Source: Cetorhinus maximus (lineage: Eukaryota). Taken from it: a DNA stretch of 64,000 bases. The stretch covers positions 59,086,001-59,150,000 of the forward strand of contig NC_135895.1 of NCBI RefSeq assembly GCF_964194155.1, read 5' to 3'. Positions 12,411-25,947 of the stretch are shown here, piece after piece. The translations under genes were made by a program, and so were the position numbers. Under the pieces are notes generated by a model that did no database searches, was not told where the DNA came from, and saw only the letters and a list, made by a program, of their open reading frames with translations. Numbering within the stretch: position 1 is the stretch's first letter; the number at the start of each line of letters is the position of its first letter.

Positions 12411-14119
12411 ATCATTCAATATGACATTATAAATAGAAATACTGAAATGTTAAAAAGGTTACCTTTTTCCGAACGTTGGGAGTTGAACCTAAATTTTAAC
12501 GTGATGTATCAAATTTCTCAGCAGAGGGGAGAGAGAATTGAAGGGGTGATTCACATTTAATATCACTGGCTAAAGGTTATAGGAGGTTTTCATATAATTG
12601 GAGCAAGATGAACGGTGCAAAATACAAAGGCATCCAGAAATGTGACTTAGTATTTTTAAAAAGCAGAAATTCTCATTCTTTAGGAGTTACTGTGTTCAAT
12701 GGCGTAAGGGAGCTGAATTTAAAGATCAGCAGATAGAATTATATTTACATTGTGCTTTTAATATTTTATTCAATGGAGCGACCTGATCTCAATGTGTGAC
12801 ACTGACAATCAGTAAAAAACGTTCATGCTCATGAGAAATTAACTGGTCACGTAAAAGCCGACCTTTTTATTTGAAAATTGTAATTTACTTTCTGAATCTT
12901 GCAGTTTTGTTGTGTAATAAGTGATGTAATGCTTCATTAATGTGGAAATACTACATTAAATACCAGGCATTGTTGGTCACTTACAATCATTTAAAGGAGT
13001 CCATGATGAAAAGTTGTGGTAAACTATGCCCAATGGCGTGAGGAAAAGGGATAAAAATTGTGTGCTTGTAATTACATCTACTTGTGTCACTGACTTTTTC
13101 CAGTGAAATGAAAAGCTTGTCTTTTCCTTGGACAGTACTTTTTAAAGCACCCCAAATGTCCTTTTAGTTACAGATTAAATTAAGCTGCCTCAAATTGAGG
13201 GACATGGCAAGTAAACAAATGTGGAAGAGGTGGAAGGCTAAGGGGTATTTATTTCAGGAAGATTGAATAAAAATTGGAAACAAAGTGGCTCAGGAGAATG
13301 GGAATAATGTTGGATTGCTCTGACAAAGACTATTGTCATGAGCCAAGGGGTGTGCTTTGCTGTAAATGTATAATATGTTACTGTTTATGGTGAATTCTAT
13401 TTGGTTAACCAGTTGCTGCATTAGTGTGTTTTTAATCAAAAGTATTTTAGCCTCATTTTTGAGTGTTTGGTGCAGGTGAAGGGGCAGGAATCATTTAGAA
13501 GGGAAGGTTCTGTATTTAATTTGATATATTTCAGTCACATATCTTCCCTGTAATGTTTTGCAGTTGGATTTCATTTACAAAGTTACTTTATCTCCTGAAT
13601 ACTATGGCTTTAGTACCATCGTCTACAGCTGAATGCATAGAACTTTTACCCCTCCCCCCTTAAAAAAAAAAGGCTTGTTTAAAAAAAAATAGAATTTCCT
13701 CCATGTTTCACTACTCCCTTGAGGAAATTCAATAAAATAGTATCTGACAAAGCGCGCAACCTTTCTACCATTTTTAAATTACCAAAGGATATGATTAATA
13801 GTTCTTTATTGAAGGGATTTCACATACCTGATGTATTCTGGAACCATCAGTATACACGTACAATTCTCCACGCAACATAGAAAATAAGATAAGCTGGTGA
13901 TTTGTAACAAATGGTAAGGCCTAGATTAATTTTCATAAATAGCTATAGACAGCCCTGAAGTTGACCGCATTCTGTTTAGTCAAAAGCATTGCAAGTCATT
14001 TCTAGGTATCCATTATTATAAAAGCCATCTTTCAATGCCATCCCCTCCTTTTGGAAGAAATTCACACGTGAAAATACCTGTCAAGAGTGCCATATTGTTC
14101 TTGTGTATCTTGCATGAGT

Positions 14120-14365
14120 GGCAATGTGAGAAAAAAATTTTCACCCAGAAGGTGGTTGGTGTCTGGAACGAGCTTCCTGGGAGGGTGGTGGAAGCAGGTT
14201 CGATTGAGATATTCAAAAGGGAATTGGGTTGCTATCTGTAAAAGAATGCAGGATTACGGGGAGAAAGTAGGAGACTGGGACTAGGTAGAATGCCCTTTGA
14301 GAGCCACTGCAGACTTGATGGGCTGAATGGCCTCTTGTGCTGTAAAGATTCTGTGATTCTTTTCA
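14120..14365 (+). mobile_element. CR1 3' end
   Basis: FTQKVVGVWNELPGRVVEAGS..FKREL followed by a gattctgt tail. Confidence 0.85.
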
Positions 14366-16149
14366 TCTGATGATTCTGTTCATCTGATTGTCCTTCATTC
14401 CACTGTTTATTGTGGGAGTCATATGATTAGCAAGTAAGAATTAAATGTTGATGGCATATTAAAAAAAATGTTCTACATCCAGCATAATACATCTGTTTGT
14501 GCTGTGGAAATTATCTTGTTCCATTAGAGTTCATTGAAAAATCTCAGAATTTAAGTAAGTTAATTAAAAGTTGTAAAAGAGCCAAATGCATTTGTAGTGG
14601 ACTATTTCATGTTGATGCAATTCAGAAGGCTTGCATGAGAATATGTTCACACAAATGCACAGAGGTGATTTGCAGAAGAAAAGTAAACTTCCCAGTTGGA
14701 GGAATACCCAATTGAAATCATTTAACTGGGCATTTATTCTATATTTACAGTTTTCTCCCTCTTCACAATTAAAGGTGTACAGGTGGAAGCTGGCCAGAAA
14801 CATTGATACCTTGGACAAGTGGCCATTCATATTTAAACAGTGGCTTCAGGCAGACTTTTCCACCATTGAGTTTGATCGTGCTCTTGTGAAACATCCACAT
14901 GCTGCACCTTCCTGTGATCACTTCGAAGCAATAAGTGCAAGCCCTCTGAATCTTTGCCAAGATGTTCGTTCCCTGCTCTATCCCAATGGTTAAACTGCTT
15001 GCTGATATTTGCTATTTAGGTTTACAGAGATGAACTCTGATTTTTTTAACAGCCAGCCACCATGTATGCTTTCTGACAGGAATCACTTGTGATTCAGAAG
15101 CTCTCTAACAATACAGCAAACCTAAACTTTGCATTTTTCTACACCCCTACCCCACAAAGCTAAGAGAGGCCAATAATGGCTGTGCCTTCATGCTTCCAAC
15201 GTTTCTCAGTTCAAAAATCCATCTTTGTGGCCTCAATCTAATGGATCCATGGTATGCAACCAACTTAGACAATGGCCAGTTTTGTCTTGAAAGATTCAAG
15301 CAATATTGCCTCTTATCCCATAATACTCTAGCTTCTTCCTAATCTTTCCCATCCTACCCACATCAGACACAACTGTTCCTAACCACTTGACACTCCCTGG
15401 TGTTACACTTGCTGATCTCATCTGTTCTCTCCCATACTCTGGCATTGTTTTAAAACTGCTGTCATTAGCTTTGCCCTTAACTTAAAAAAAAAACCCAAAT
15501 TGTTCTTGCATTTCCAACTCTATTTCCTCCAAAGTTCTTGAATGCATTGCCAACCAATCCTAGGCTGCTCTCGTCACATTCTGACTCTTCAAACTAGTCT
15601 ATATTTCATCCCAAGCCTGGCCAAAGTCACCAATGGTATTCTGTTATTCCTTCACTGTTGAATGCATTGATCACTTGATCCTGCAGCAGAGTCCTTTTTG
15701 GCCCACCTCTGAGATTGCCTTTTGCCTGGTCCCATTCCTATCTTGCCTTTTCACATCTGTAAAGGTTTCTGGTATATCCACCAGTGTTCCACCTTTGAAC
15801 CATCATTCACATATATTGCTGTTCAACTCATCCCTAAAAATAGGACCAGCTAAAAATACCCAGCTTTATTTACCTTTACATCACCACAGCTGTTAACTTT
15901 GCATTGAGTTGCATGAGCCACAGTTTTTTCTAGCTCAAACTCTGCCTAACCGAAACCATCCTATTTGACCTCTAACAACATTGCCGCATAGCCAAGATTT
16001 TATCCTGCTTCCAGCTGCTAGCCCAGGTTGAAATAAAGGATATGCAACTTTTAGTGTCCTGTTTGGCAAAAGCATTTAACCCCAGATCCCATCCGCAGCT
16101 CCCACAACTTCTGACATGCTCAGCTGCACTTCGACCATTTCTGTGCTTT

Positions 16150-16600
16150 TATTTTTATTCATTCATGGAATGTGGGCATTGTTTGCAAGGTCAGCATTTA
16201 TTGCCTTTTGGGTGGCGGAGAGCCACCTTGAACCACTGCAGTGTGTGATGTAGGTTCTGTTTTTAAAAGTTTTTCATAGCTGTTTGATACAACTAAGTGG
16301 CTTGCTAGGCCATTTCAGATAGCAGTTAAGGGTCAACCACATTGCTATGGGTCTGAATTGACGTGTAGACCAGACTACATAAGGAGGGCAGATTTCTTTC
16401 TATAAAGGTCATTAGTGAACCAGATGGCTTTTAACAACAATCTGGTGGTTACAGGGTCATGTAGCTGACAGCTTTTTATTCCTTATTTAATTTAATTTTA
16501 AATATCCCAGCTGCCATGCTGGAATTAGAACTTGTGTCCGTGGATCAATAGCCCAGGCCTCTGGATTACTAGTCCATAACATAATTGCTATGCTACTGTT
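16150..16600 (-). mobile_element. tRNA-SINE copy
   Basis: Reverse complement of the 2165-2560 family (ttattcattcatgg tail; ccaggcctctggattactagtcc head). Confidence 0.8.
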
Positions 16601-16640
16601 CCTGGACTTGCTAGATCCACCCTACACACAATCTGAATTA

Positions 16641-17862
16641 ACCAGAAATAAAAATTTTGGAAATACTTGGATCAGGCAGCATCTATCAAGAGAACAACCT
16701 TTCATCTGAACTTGGAAAAGTTAGAAATGTAATAGGTTTTAAGCAAGTTAAAGAGAGTTGAAAAGGAACAAAAAGGAAGGTCTATGGTGGGGTGGAAGAT
16801 GGGAGAGAGAATGACCAAGTTGTAGTGTAAAGCCAAAGGGAGTGATAATGGGGCAAGTAGAGAAACAAAAGTCGTCTCAAGGAGATGTTAATGGTAGAAT
16901 GATGCACAGCTGCTGTCTGAAAGCAAATACATGAGAAAAATGAGTAAAACTGAAAATGGAGGCAGAGATTGCAGTCTGAAATTTAAGACCACAACTCAAA
17001 CGCCTGTTTGAAAAATGAGCTGCGGTCATTGAGCTTGGAATTCTGCAGGAGGCTGAGGACAGAGAGCTCATGAGATGAAATTGGAGAAATAACAGGTGCC
17101 CAGAAGCTTGGTCATGCTTGCGGACTGAACAAAGGTGATCCACAAAGCAGTCAGTCAATCTGCATTTGGTCTCCCCATTATAGAGCAGACCACATTGAGC
17201 AGTGAGTACACTATGCTAAATTAAAAGAAGTACATGCAAATCACTTGGAGTGTTAAGGGCCTTGGATGGTGAGAGGATATAAAAGCACAAGTGTGGCATC
17301 TCCTGTGCACGTATGGAAAGATGCTGTGGAAGGGGATGGGTATTGGGGCTGACAGGAGTGGGCTAGGATGTTGCAAACAGAAGTTCCCTCAGAATGCTGA
17401 AAGAGGAGGGAAGGGGCAGATGTGTTTGGTGGTGGCATCACACTGCAAATGGCAGAAATGGTGGAGGATGATCCATTGATTATGGAGAATGGTGGGCTGG
17501 AAGGGGAGGGCAAGGGAAACCCTATCATGATTCTGGGAGGGAGGGGTGACAGCATAGTGCTGGAAATGGGGCTTTACCCCTTTTAATCCAATTTTTCATT
17601 TTAATTTTATTTATTCATTTGTTCTATTTATTTTTATCCCTTATCCCCAACACCAAGCCCCCATCTCCAGGCCATCAGTCACTTGTTTTTATGTTGTGCT
17701 TTCAGGGTGCTAATCTTTGTTCTGCTATCTTACTTCTATGCCACTCTCAGCAGATTTAGCCTTTAACACTCCCTTTGTCTTGTGTCCGTGACATCTTTTT
17801 CAATCTCTCCTGAGCTCCCACCTATCCCTGACCTTCCATTTTGCTCCACCTTTCTTCCAACC
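16641..17862. mobile_element. Older Penelope-like element: minus-strand GIY-YIG region plus pLTR (16641-17570) and a plus-strand pLTR piece (17575-17862)
   Basis: CFVDHLCSVRKHD resembles RFAEHLRSVCKH of the 34-kb element; gtgacatcttttt and ccacctatc match pLTR sequence at 35040-35080. Confidence 0.75.
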
Positions 17863-18444
17863 ATATTGGGGTTGGGTCGGGGCTGGAATCCTTGGTTGAA
17901 TTCATTAGAACTGCGCTGCCTGTGTCCACTGCCTGCTCAGTTATATCCCTTGACCTTGTAGCCCCATCACTTTGCCCTGCTCTGTAGACTCCAATGTGGC
18001 ATTACTCTACATCAATCACCTACTCTCCAGCCTGTAGTGTCTGTCCTTCTATTTCATGCCACCTGTTCCATCTCCTCTAATAATAGTCAAACCTTCAACC
18101 ATCAAACTTTTGCCCTCTGAAACTTTTATCCTAAATCCTTCCAATTTACTGCAACTTTTGCCAACTTCAAAATTCTCTTCAAACTAAGGTTTGAATTACT
18201 TGGTACTGGGGATGGTCCACTTAAGTTCACCATTCTTTTACTTCCCAGATTTGAGTTTGAAATCAGCCCAGATGGATGGAATGAAATCCTTCCCTTATTG
18301 ACAAGAGGGTGTCAACCTTGACTCTGGTAGCATTGTTATTAGTCAAGGTCATAGGTTCAAGTTCCATCCCAGAGACTTGATAACAAGTTCGATATTGAGG
18401 AAATATCATGCTGCTGAAGGTGCTGTCTTTCAGATGAGACATGA

Positions 18445-19122
18445 GGGTGAGCTCATCAGAGTCAACATGGTTTTACAAGAGGGAAATAGTGATTGAAAAA
18501 TGTTTTTTTTGCTGTAATATATGTAGCTAGTTGGGTAGAAATGGAGCCAGTAGATGTGATGTGCTTGGATTTCCAAAGGCATTCAGTAAGGTGCCATGCA
18601 GAAGGTCAATATGTAAAATAAGGGCCTGTGGAGTTGGAGCTGGATGGAGTATTGCTTAACACACCGGAAGCAGAGAATAGGGAAAAATGGGCATTTTCAA
18701 GTTGGGAGGCTGTAAATACTGGAGTACCGCAAGGATAAGTGCTGGGGCCTCGGCTATTAACATTCAATATAACGACTTGGATATATTACTCTGTCTTTTC
18801 ATCTAAGTTTGCTGACAATGCAGTGCTAGGTGGGAATGTAAGCTGTGAGGAACACATAGGGATGCTGCAACTGATTTAAGTGGATTCAGTGAGTGGGCAA
18901 CAAGGTGGCAAATGCTACATAATGTGGGAATGTGTGAGGTTATTCACTTTAGTAAGAACAGAAGAGCAAATATCTTTTTAAAAATATATAGCACTTCTAA
19001 ATGTAAATGTTCAGAGATTTGGATGTATTTGTACAAGGAATACAAAGTTAAATGCAGGCAAAGCAAGCAATTAGGAAGATGAATGGCATGTTGGACTTCA
19101 TTGCAAGGGGATTGGAATACAA
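18445..19122 (+). mobile_element. CR1 RT fragment
   Basis: QHGF, LDFQK.F.KVP, GVPQG.VLGP and SKFAD motifs, frameshifted. Confidence 0.85.
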
Positions 19123-22100
19123 GAATTATAGAATGGTTACGACGTGGAAGAAGGCCATTTGGTTCATCATTTGTGTTAGCCCTCAGCAAGAGCAACTCAA
19201 CTAGTGCCACTACCTGCATTTTCCTTGTAGCTCTGCAAATTTTTTCTCTTCAGATTATCCAATTCCCTTTTGAAAGCCACAATTGAATCTGCCTCCAACA
19301 CACTCCCAAGCTGTGCATTCCAGATCCTAACCACTGGCTGCATTTTTTTTAAAAAGGGCTTTTCCTCATGTCACCTTGCTCCTTTTGACAACACCTTAAA
19401 TCTGTGTCCTTTGGTTTTTGATCCTTCCATGAATGGGAACATTTCTACCCAAACTACTCCGTCCAGACCCCTCATTTTGAACACCTATCAAATCTCCTCT
19501 CAACCTTCGCTAAGGAGAACAGCCCCAGCTTCTCCAAGCTATTCATGTAGCTGAAGTCCCAAATCCCAGAACCATTCTCATAAATCTTTTCTGCACCCTG
19601 TCTGCATTCGTGTCCTTCCCAAAGTGTGATGCCCAGAATTGAGTACAGTACTGCAGTTGGCACCAAAGCAGCAATATATAAGGGTTCCTCATAACTACTT
19701 CCTTGTTTTTGTACTACAAGCCTTTATTTATAAAACTCAGAACCCCGTATGTCTTTTTAACCTCAATAATTTGTAGCCATATAACCCCCAGGTCTCTGTT
19801 CCTGCGCTCGCTTTAGAATTGTGATCTTTATTTTATTCTCATTCTTCTTCCCAGAATGTATCACTTCAAAAGTCTCTGTATTAACTTCATCTACCACATG
19901 TCTGTCCGTTCCACCAGATTGTTCGCTTGAAGTCGATCATAATCTTCCTCACAGTTCACAAGACATCCAGGTTTTGTAATATCCACAGGTTTTGAAATTG
20001 TGCTCTGTACACCTGAGTGTAAGTTATTACTATATATCAAGAAAAGTAGTGACCCTAATAATGACCCATGGCAACTCGACAACAGATCATCTTTCAGCCT
20101 GATAAACAATTATTTATCACTACCCCATTTAGACCATAAGACATAGGAGCAGAAATTAGGCCATTCGGCCCATCGAGTCTGCTCCGCCATTCAATCATGG
20201 CTGATAAGTTTCTCAACCCCATTCTCCCGCCTTCTCCCCGTAACCTTTGATCCCCTTACCAATCAAGAACCTATCTATCTCGGTCTTAAATACACTCAAT
20301 GACCTGGCCTCCACAGCCTTGTGTGACAATGAATTCCATAGATTCACCACTCTCCGGCTAAAGAGGTTTCTCCTCATCTCTGTTCTAAAAGGTTTTCCCT
20401 TTACTCTGAGGCTGTGCCCTCGGGTTCTAGTCTCTCTAATGGAAACATCTTCCCCACGTCCACTCTATCTAGGCCTTTCAGTATTCTATGAGTTTCAATC
20501 AGATCCCCCCTCATTCTTCTAAACTCCATCGAGTATAGACCCAAGAGTCCTCAAACGTTCCTCATATGTTAAGCCTTTCATTCCTGGGATCATTCTCGTG
20601 AACCTCCTCTGGACCCTCTCCAGGGCCAGCACATCCTTCCTGAGATACAGAGCCCAAAATTGCTCACAATATTCTAAATGTGGTCTGACCAGAACCTTAT
20701 AAAGCCTCAGCAGCACATCCCTGCTCTTATATTCTAGTCCCCTCGAAATAAATGCCAACATTGCATTTGCCTTCCTAACTACTGACTCAACCTGCAAGTT
20801 AACCTTAAGAGAATCCTGGAGTAGGACTCCCAAGTCCCTTTGCACTCCAGATTTCTGAATTCTCTCCCCATTTAGAAAATAGTCTATGCCTCTTCTTCCT
20901 ACCAAAGTGCATGACCTCACACTTCCCCACATTGTATTCCATCTGCCACTTCTTTGCCCACTCTCCTAACCTATCCAAATCCTTCTGCAGCCTCCTCGCC
21001 TCCTCAATACTACCTGTCCCTCCACCTATCTTTGTATCATCTGCAAACTTAGCCAGGATGCCCTCAGTTCCTTCATCTAGATCATTAATGTATAAAGTGA
21101 AAAGTTGCGGTCCCAACACTGACCGCTGCGGAACTCCACTAGTCACCGGCCGCCATCCTGAGAAGGACCCCCTTATCCCCACTCTCTGCCTCCTGCCAGA
21201 CAGCCTATCTTCTATCCATGCTAGTACCTTGCCTCTAACACCATGGGCTCTTACTGAGCAGCCTCCTGTGCGGCACCTTGTCAAAGGCCTTCTGGAAGTC
21301 CAAGTAGATAACATCCATTGGCTCTCCTTTGTCTAACCTGCTCGTTACCTACTTAAAGAATTCTAACAGATTTGTCAGGCATGACCTCCCCTTGATGAAA
21401 CCATGCTGACTTTGCCTGATTTTACCATGCACTTCCAAGTATTCTGAAATCTCATCCTTAATAATGGACTCTAAAATCTTACCAACGACCAAGGCCAAGC
21501 TAATCGACCTGTAATTTCCCGTCTTTTGCCTCACTCCCTTCTTAAACAGGGGGGTTACGTTAGCGATTTTCCAGTCCTCTGGGACCCTCCCTGACTCGAG
21601 TGATTCCTGAAAGCTCACCACTAACGCCTCGACTATCTCTTCAGCTATCTCCTTCAGAACTCTGGGGTGTAATCCATCTGGTCCAGGTGATTTATCCACC
21701 TTCAGACCTTTCAGTTTTCCTAGCACCTTCTCCTTGGTAATGGCCACCATACTCACCTCTGCCTCCCCGACTCTCTTGAACTTTGGGGATGTCACTCGTG
21801 TCTGCCACTGTGAAGACTGATGCAAAGTACCTATTCAGTTCCTCTGCCATTTCTTTGTTCCCTACTACTACTTCTCCAGCGTCATTTTCCAGCGGCCCAA
21901 TGTCCACTTTTGCCTCTCTTAGCCTTTATGTATCTAAAAAAAAAACTTATTTGCTGTCACTCCAGCAACTTCATATCCATACTGTCACTTTATTCCAAGG
22001 GCTTTATCTTAGATGACAAGTCTGTTATGTGGCACTTTATCAAATGCCTTTTAGAAGTCCATGTACACCATAGCAGTCCTTATTGTTAACTTATCAAAAA

Positions 22101-22650
22101 AAACTTGTTATTCAAATATTATTTATTTTGTAAAAAAAAAATCTATGCTGGCTTTTCTTACCCAAAATTTGTCTAAGTGACTGTTAATTTTGTCCCAGAT
22201 TATCATTTCTAAAAGCTTTCCCACCACTTGACTCAGTTAATTTGACTCACCAGTAGTTACTGGGCTTATCCTTCCACCCTTTTTTAGGACAAGGATGAAA
22301 CATTCCTAATTCTCCAGTCCTTTGGCATCACCCTGGTTCTGATGACTTAACAGCTTTAAGTATAGCCAGCCTGTCTAATAACTCCACTATCGATTTGTAG
22401 CTCACCCAGTGTCTCAAATACCTCATACTTCACTATGACTTTGGTAGTATCTTCCTAGATAAAAGCTGATGCAAAGTATTCATTGAGTACCTCTGTCACA
22501 ATGCGTGTATCCCCTTTTTGGTCCCTAATTGGCCTCACTCCTTTTTACTACCCTTTTTATATTTATATCGCTATATGAACCTTTTTTAGCTGCCAGTCTC
22601 TTTTCATACTCTATCCTCTTTTTTAATTTCTCTCTGAACTTTCTATGTTC
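19123..22650 (-). mobile_element. Older CR1 (19123-20130 and 21945-22650) hosting a younger CR1
   Basis: LEKLGLFSL and GSLLGSLLFLIY.N motifs; the sequence resumes after 21945. Confidence 0.75.
20131..21935 (-). mobile_element. Young 5'-truncated CR1 LINE; RT nearly intact with a few frameshifts
   Basis: Overlapping ORFs 21692-21907, 21349-21825, 20805-21314 and 20519-20932 give KSPGPDGLHPRVLKE, QHGFIKGRSCLTNL, SGVPQ.SVLGP, KFADDTK and LVRPHLEYC; 3' tail read on + as agaccataagacatagg. Confidence 0.95.
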
Positions 22651-22694
22651 AGCCTCCTGGTTTTTGCCTATCAACTATCAACCTTACAATCTTG

Positions 22695-23230
22695 CTACAA
22701 TTGTACGGGCTTTGGTGGGACCACACCTGGAGTACTGCATGCAGTTTTGGTTTCCATAATTAAGGAACGATATATTTGCTTTGGTGGTACTAGATTTGTT
22801 CCTGGGATATGAGAGTCATCCTTTGATGAAAGGCTGAGTAAATTGGGCCTATACGTTTGGAAGAATGGGAAGTGATCTCATTGAAACATGTGTGGTTCTG
22901 TATAGGCTTGCAATGGGAGATTATTTTCCCTGGCTAGGGAACAAAAGATTGGAACATAGTCACAGGATAAGGGGTGGCCATTTAAAACTTAAATGAGAAG
23001 TTTCTTCATTCAGAAGGTCGTGAATCTTTGGAATTGTCTACCCCAGAAAGTTGTGGATGCTCCATCCTTGAATATATTTAAGGCCAAGTTAGACAGATTT
23101 CTGGTGTCTCAAGAAATTAAGCGATATGGGGAGAGAGGGAAAGTGCAATTGATGCAGAAGATCAGCCATGATATTGAAAGGTAGAGCAGGCTCAAGAGAC
23201 CTCATGGTCTACTGCTCCTATTTATGTTCA
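22695..23230 (+). mobile_element. CR1 3' fragment
   Basis: ALVGPHLEYCMQFW and FFIQKVVNLWN motifs. Confidence 0.85.
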
Positions 23231-23329
23231 TTATGGCATTTGAAGGTAAGGGTAGGGATTTTTGAGTTTGATACAGAGAACTTGTGGGAATGGAAGTGTG
23301 GGTTTTGAACATGTAGGGAAAAGAATATA

Positions 23330-25010
23330 GCATATTATAGGAACAGGAGTAGTCCATTCAGCCCATCGAGCCTGCTCTGCCATTCAATTAGATCATGGCT
23401 GATCATCTACCTCAAGACCACCTTCCCATGCTAACTCTATATCACTTGATGTCATTAGTCCCCAGAAATATATAGATTTCTGTTTTGAACATGCTCAATG
23501 ATTGAGATTCCACAGCCCTCCGGGGTAGAGAATTCCAAAGATTCACTACCCACCGAGTGAAGCAATTACTCCTCATCTCAGTCTTAAATGGCCTACCCCC
23601 TATCCTGAGATTATGTCCTCTTGTTTTAGACTCACCAGCCAGGGGAAACATCTACATCCACCCTGGTGTATTCTAAAAATTTTGTAAGTCTCAATGAGGT
23701 CACCCCTTGTTCTTTGAAACTCTAGGGAATACAGACCCAGTCTCCCCAAACTCTCATAAGACAATCCCCCCGTCCCAGGAATTAATCTGGTGAACCTCCG
23801 TTGCACTACCTCAATGGCAAGTATATCCCTCCTTAGATAAGTGGACCAAAATTGTACAGAATAATCCAGGTGAGTTCTCACCAAGGCTCTATATAACTGC
23901 AGCAAGATATCTTCACTCCTGTACACCAATCCCCTTGTGACGAAGGCCAACACACCATTTGCCTCCCTAATTGCTTGCTGCACCTGCATGCTAACTTTTA
24001 ATGACTCATGAACAATGATATCCAGGTCCCTTTGCATGCACACACACACTTCCTAATCTCTTACCATTTAAAATATAACCTGCCTTTCTGTTTTTCCTAC
24101 CAAAGTGAATAACTTCACACTTTTTCACATATTTCATCTGCCATGTTCTAGTCCATTCACTTAGCCTGCCCAGCTTCTCTTGAAGCCGCCTTGCATCATC
24201 CTCACAATGTGCGTTCCCACCCAGTTTGGTGTATCAACAAATTTGAAAATATTACAATTGGCCCCCCATATCCAAATCATTTATATAGATTGTGAACAGC
24301 TGTCGACCAAGCACTGATCCTTGCGGTACCCCACTAGTAACAGCCTGCCATCCTGAGAATGATCCATTTATTCATACTCTGCTTTCTGTCTGTTAACCAA
24401 TTCTCAATCCATGCTAGTGAATACCAATACCTTGTGCTCTAATTTTATTTGCTAACTTCCTCATGTGGGACCTTATCAAAAGCCTTCTGAAAATCCAAAT
24501 ATATCTTTTCCACTGGTTCTCCTTTATCAATGCTACAAGTAACATCCTCAAAAACTCCCAGCAAGTTTGTCAAACATGATTTTCCTTTCGTAAATCCACA
24601 TTGACCCTGCCCAATTTTACCATTCTTTTCTAAATGTCCAAGTATCACTTGATAAGATGATTCTAGCAATTCCCTACTACTTACGTCAAACGAACAGTTC
24701 TGTAGTTCGCCTTTCTCCCTCTTAAATAGTGGGGTTGCATTTACTACTTTCCGATCACAGGCACCTTTCCCGAACCTATAGAATTTTGAAAGATAACCAC
24801 CAATGCATCCACTATCTCTCTAGCTCATCTGGTCCAGGGGATTTATCAACCTTTAATCCAGTTAACTTTGAGCACTGCATCTTTACTAATTTCTTTTAGT
24901 TCCTCAGTTTCACAAATCCCTTGGTTGCCTAGTATTTATGGGAGATTTTCTGTATCTTCCGTAAAGACAGATGTAAAGTGATTTTAGTTTCTCCACCATT
25001 TCCCTGTTCT
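23330..25010 (-). mobile_element. CR1 LINE fragment
   Basis: ORFs with [36 protein letters not shown] and TRGHNLRI. Confidence 0.9.
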
Positions 25011-25947
25011 CCTGTTTTGCATGAAATCCAGTTTATGGAGGCTGGAAGCAGGGAAGCTTGGATAGGACAGCATTAGTAATTACACCTTGAGACAATGGTC
25101 ATGGACTAGAATTACAATAGTGCTAGCAGTGAAACTGAAGGAAAGCAGCCTGAATGACTGAACAAATTAAACTTGAAATAAACCAAATTTAAACCAAGGT
25201 GAAGTTGGTGGACTAAGAGAGGCAAGTATCAGCTAATGGGACAAGAAAAGGCTGGTTTTTACCTTAAGGAAATGTTCATGCACCAATTGCAAAGAAAGAA
25301 AATGCAGTAACTTCATGAAACTCAAAGGGAGATTAAGGTCACGGTCCTGTTTTTTTTGTGTGGCTAATGGTAGAATGGCTGACATCAAATAGCAATTTGT
25401 AGTGATTTGCAATGTTACTGCTCCATTAAACTGTTGGCTGGAGGAAAGTGGTGTACTAATTTTGTGTAAATCTCCATTGACTGACATTATGAATTGTATT
25501 TAAGATGTTCCAGTGCCATCACTAATGGGGAGAAATGTCCACAAATACTACCTCATGGCACTAGAGCAAACCTTCATGATTTCACTGAAAAAAAATCTAC
25601 AGCAAACATTTGCTTTCAGGCTGCCTGCAGCCAGTAGTTCTGCAGTTCCAAAAAAAAAATGCTCAGTATAAATGATATACAGCTATCTCACCTTATAGAA
25701 CAAATTTATATACTCATAATCTTAGTTACATTATAGTTGGTCCCAAATGCTTACACTTGCAGTACAAAACCTGTATAATCCAGTGAAAGACATGTGCAAC
25801 CTTCCTAACATGTTGCATGATGTTATGAAGACGGAAAAGAGCAAGAAGTGCTCATTATTTGAAAAAAAAACTTCCTGGCAGTCAATGGTCAGTAATGCAA
25901 GCTCTCAAAATACTACATACAGATAGATTAAGAATATTAACAAAATC

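Larger units (their letters stand above)
15000..18200 (+). mobile_element. Decayed L2-like LINE (about 15000-16150 and 17870-18200), split by SINE and Penelope insertions
   Basis: L2-like RT remnants (AKNTQLYL, ccaaagtcaccaatg) on both sides of the nested elements. Confidence 0.55.

Noticed and set aside
13003-13094. Possible C/D box snoRNA (ATGATGA ... CTGA, about 90 nt)
   Set aside because: No convincing terminal stem or D' box, no recognisable rRNA guide, and not in a host-gene intron.
14497-14993. Cluster of overlapping ORFs in intergenic DNA
   Set aside because: No motif I recognise and no consistent exon structure; possibly an old repeat remnant.
20131-21935. Active autonomous LINE
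   Set aside because: 5'-truncated (no ORF1 or endonuclease) and frameshifted.
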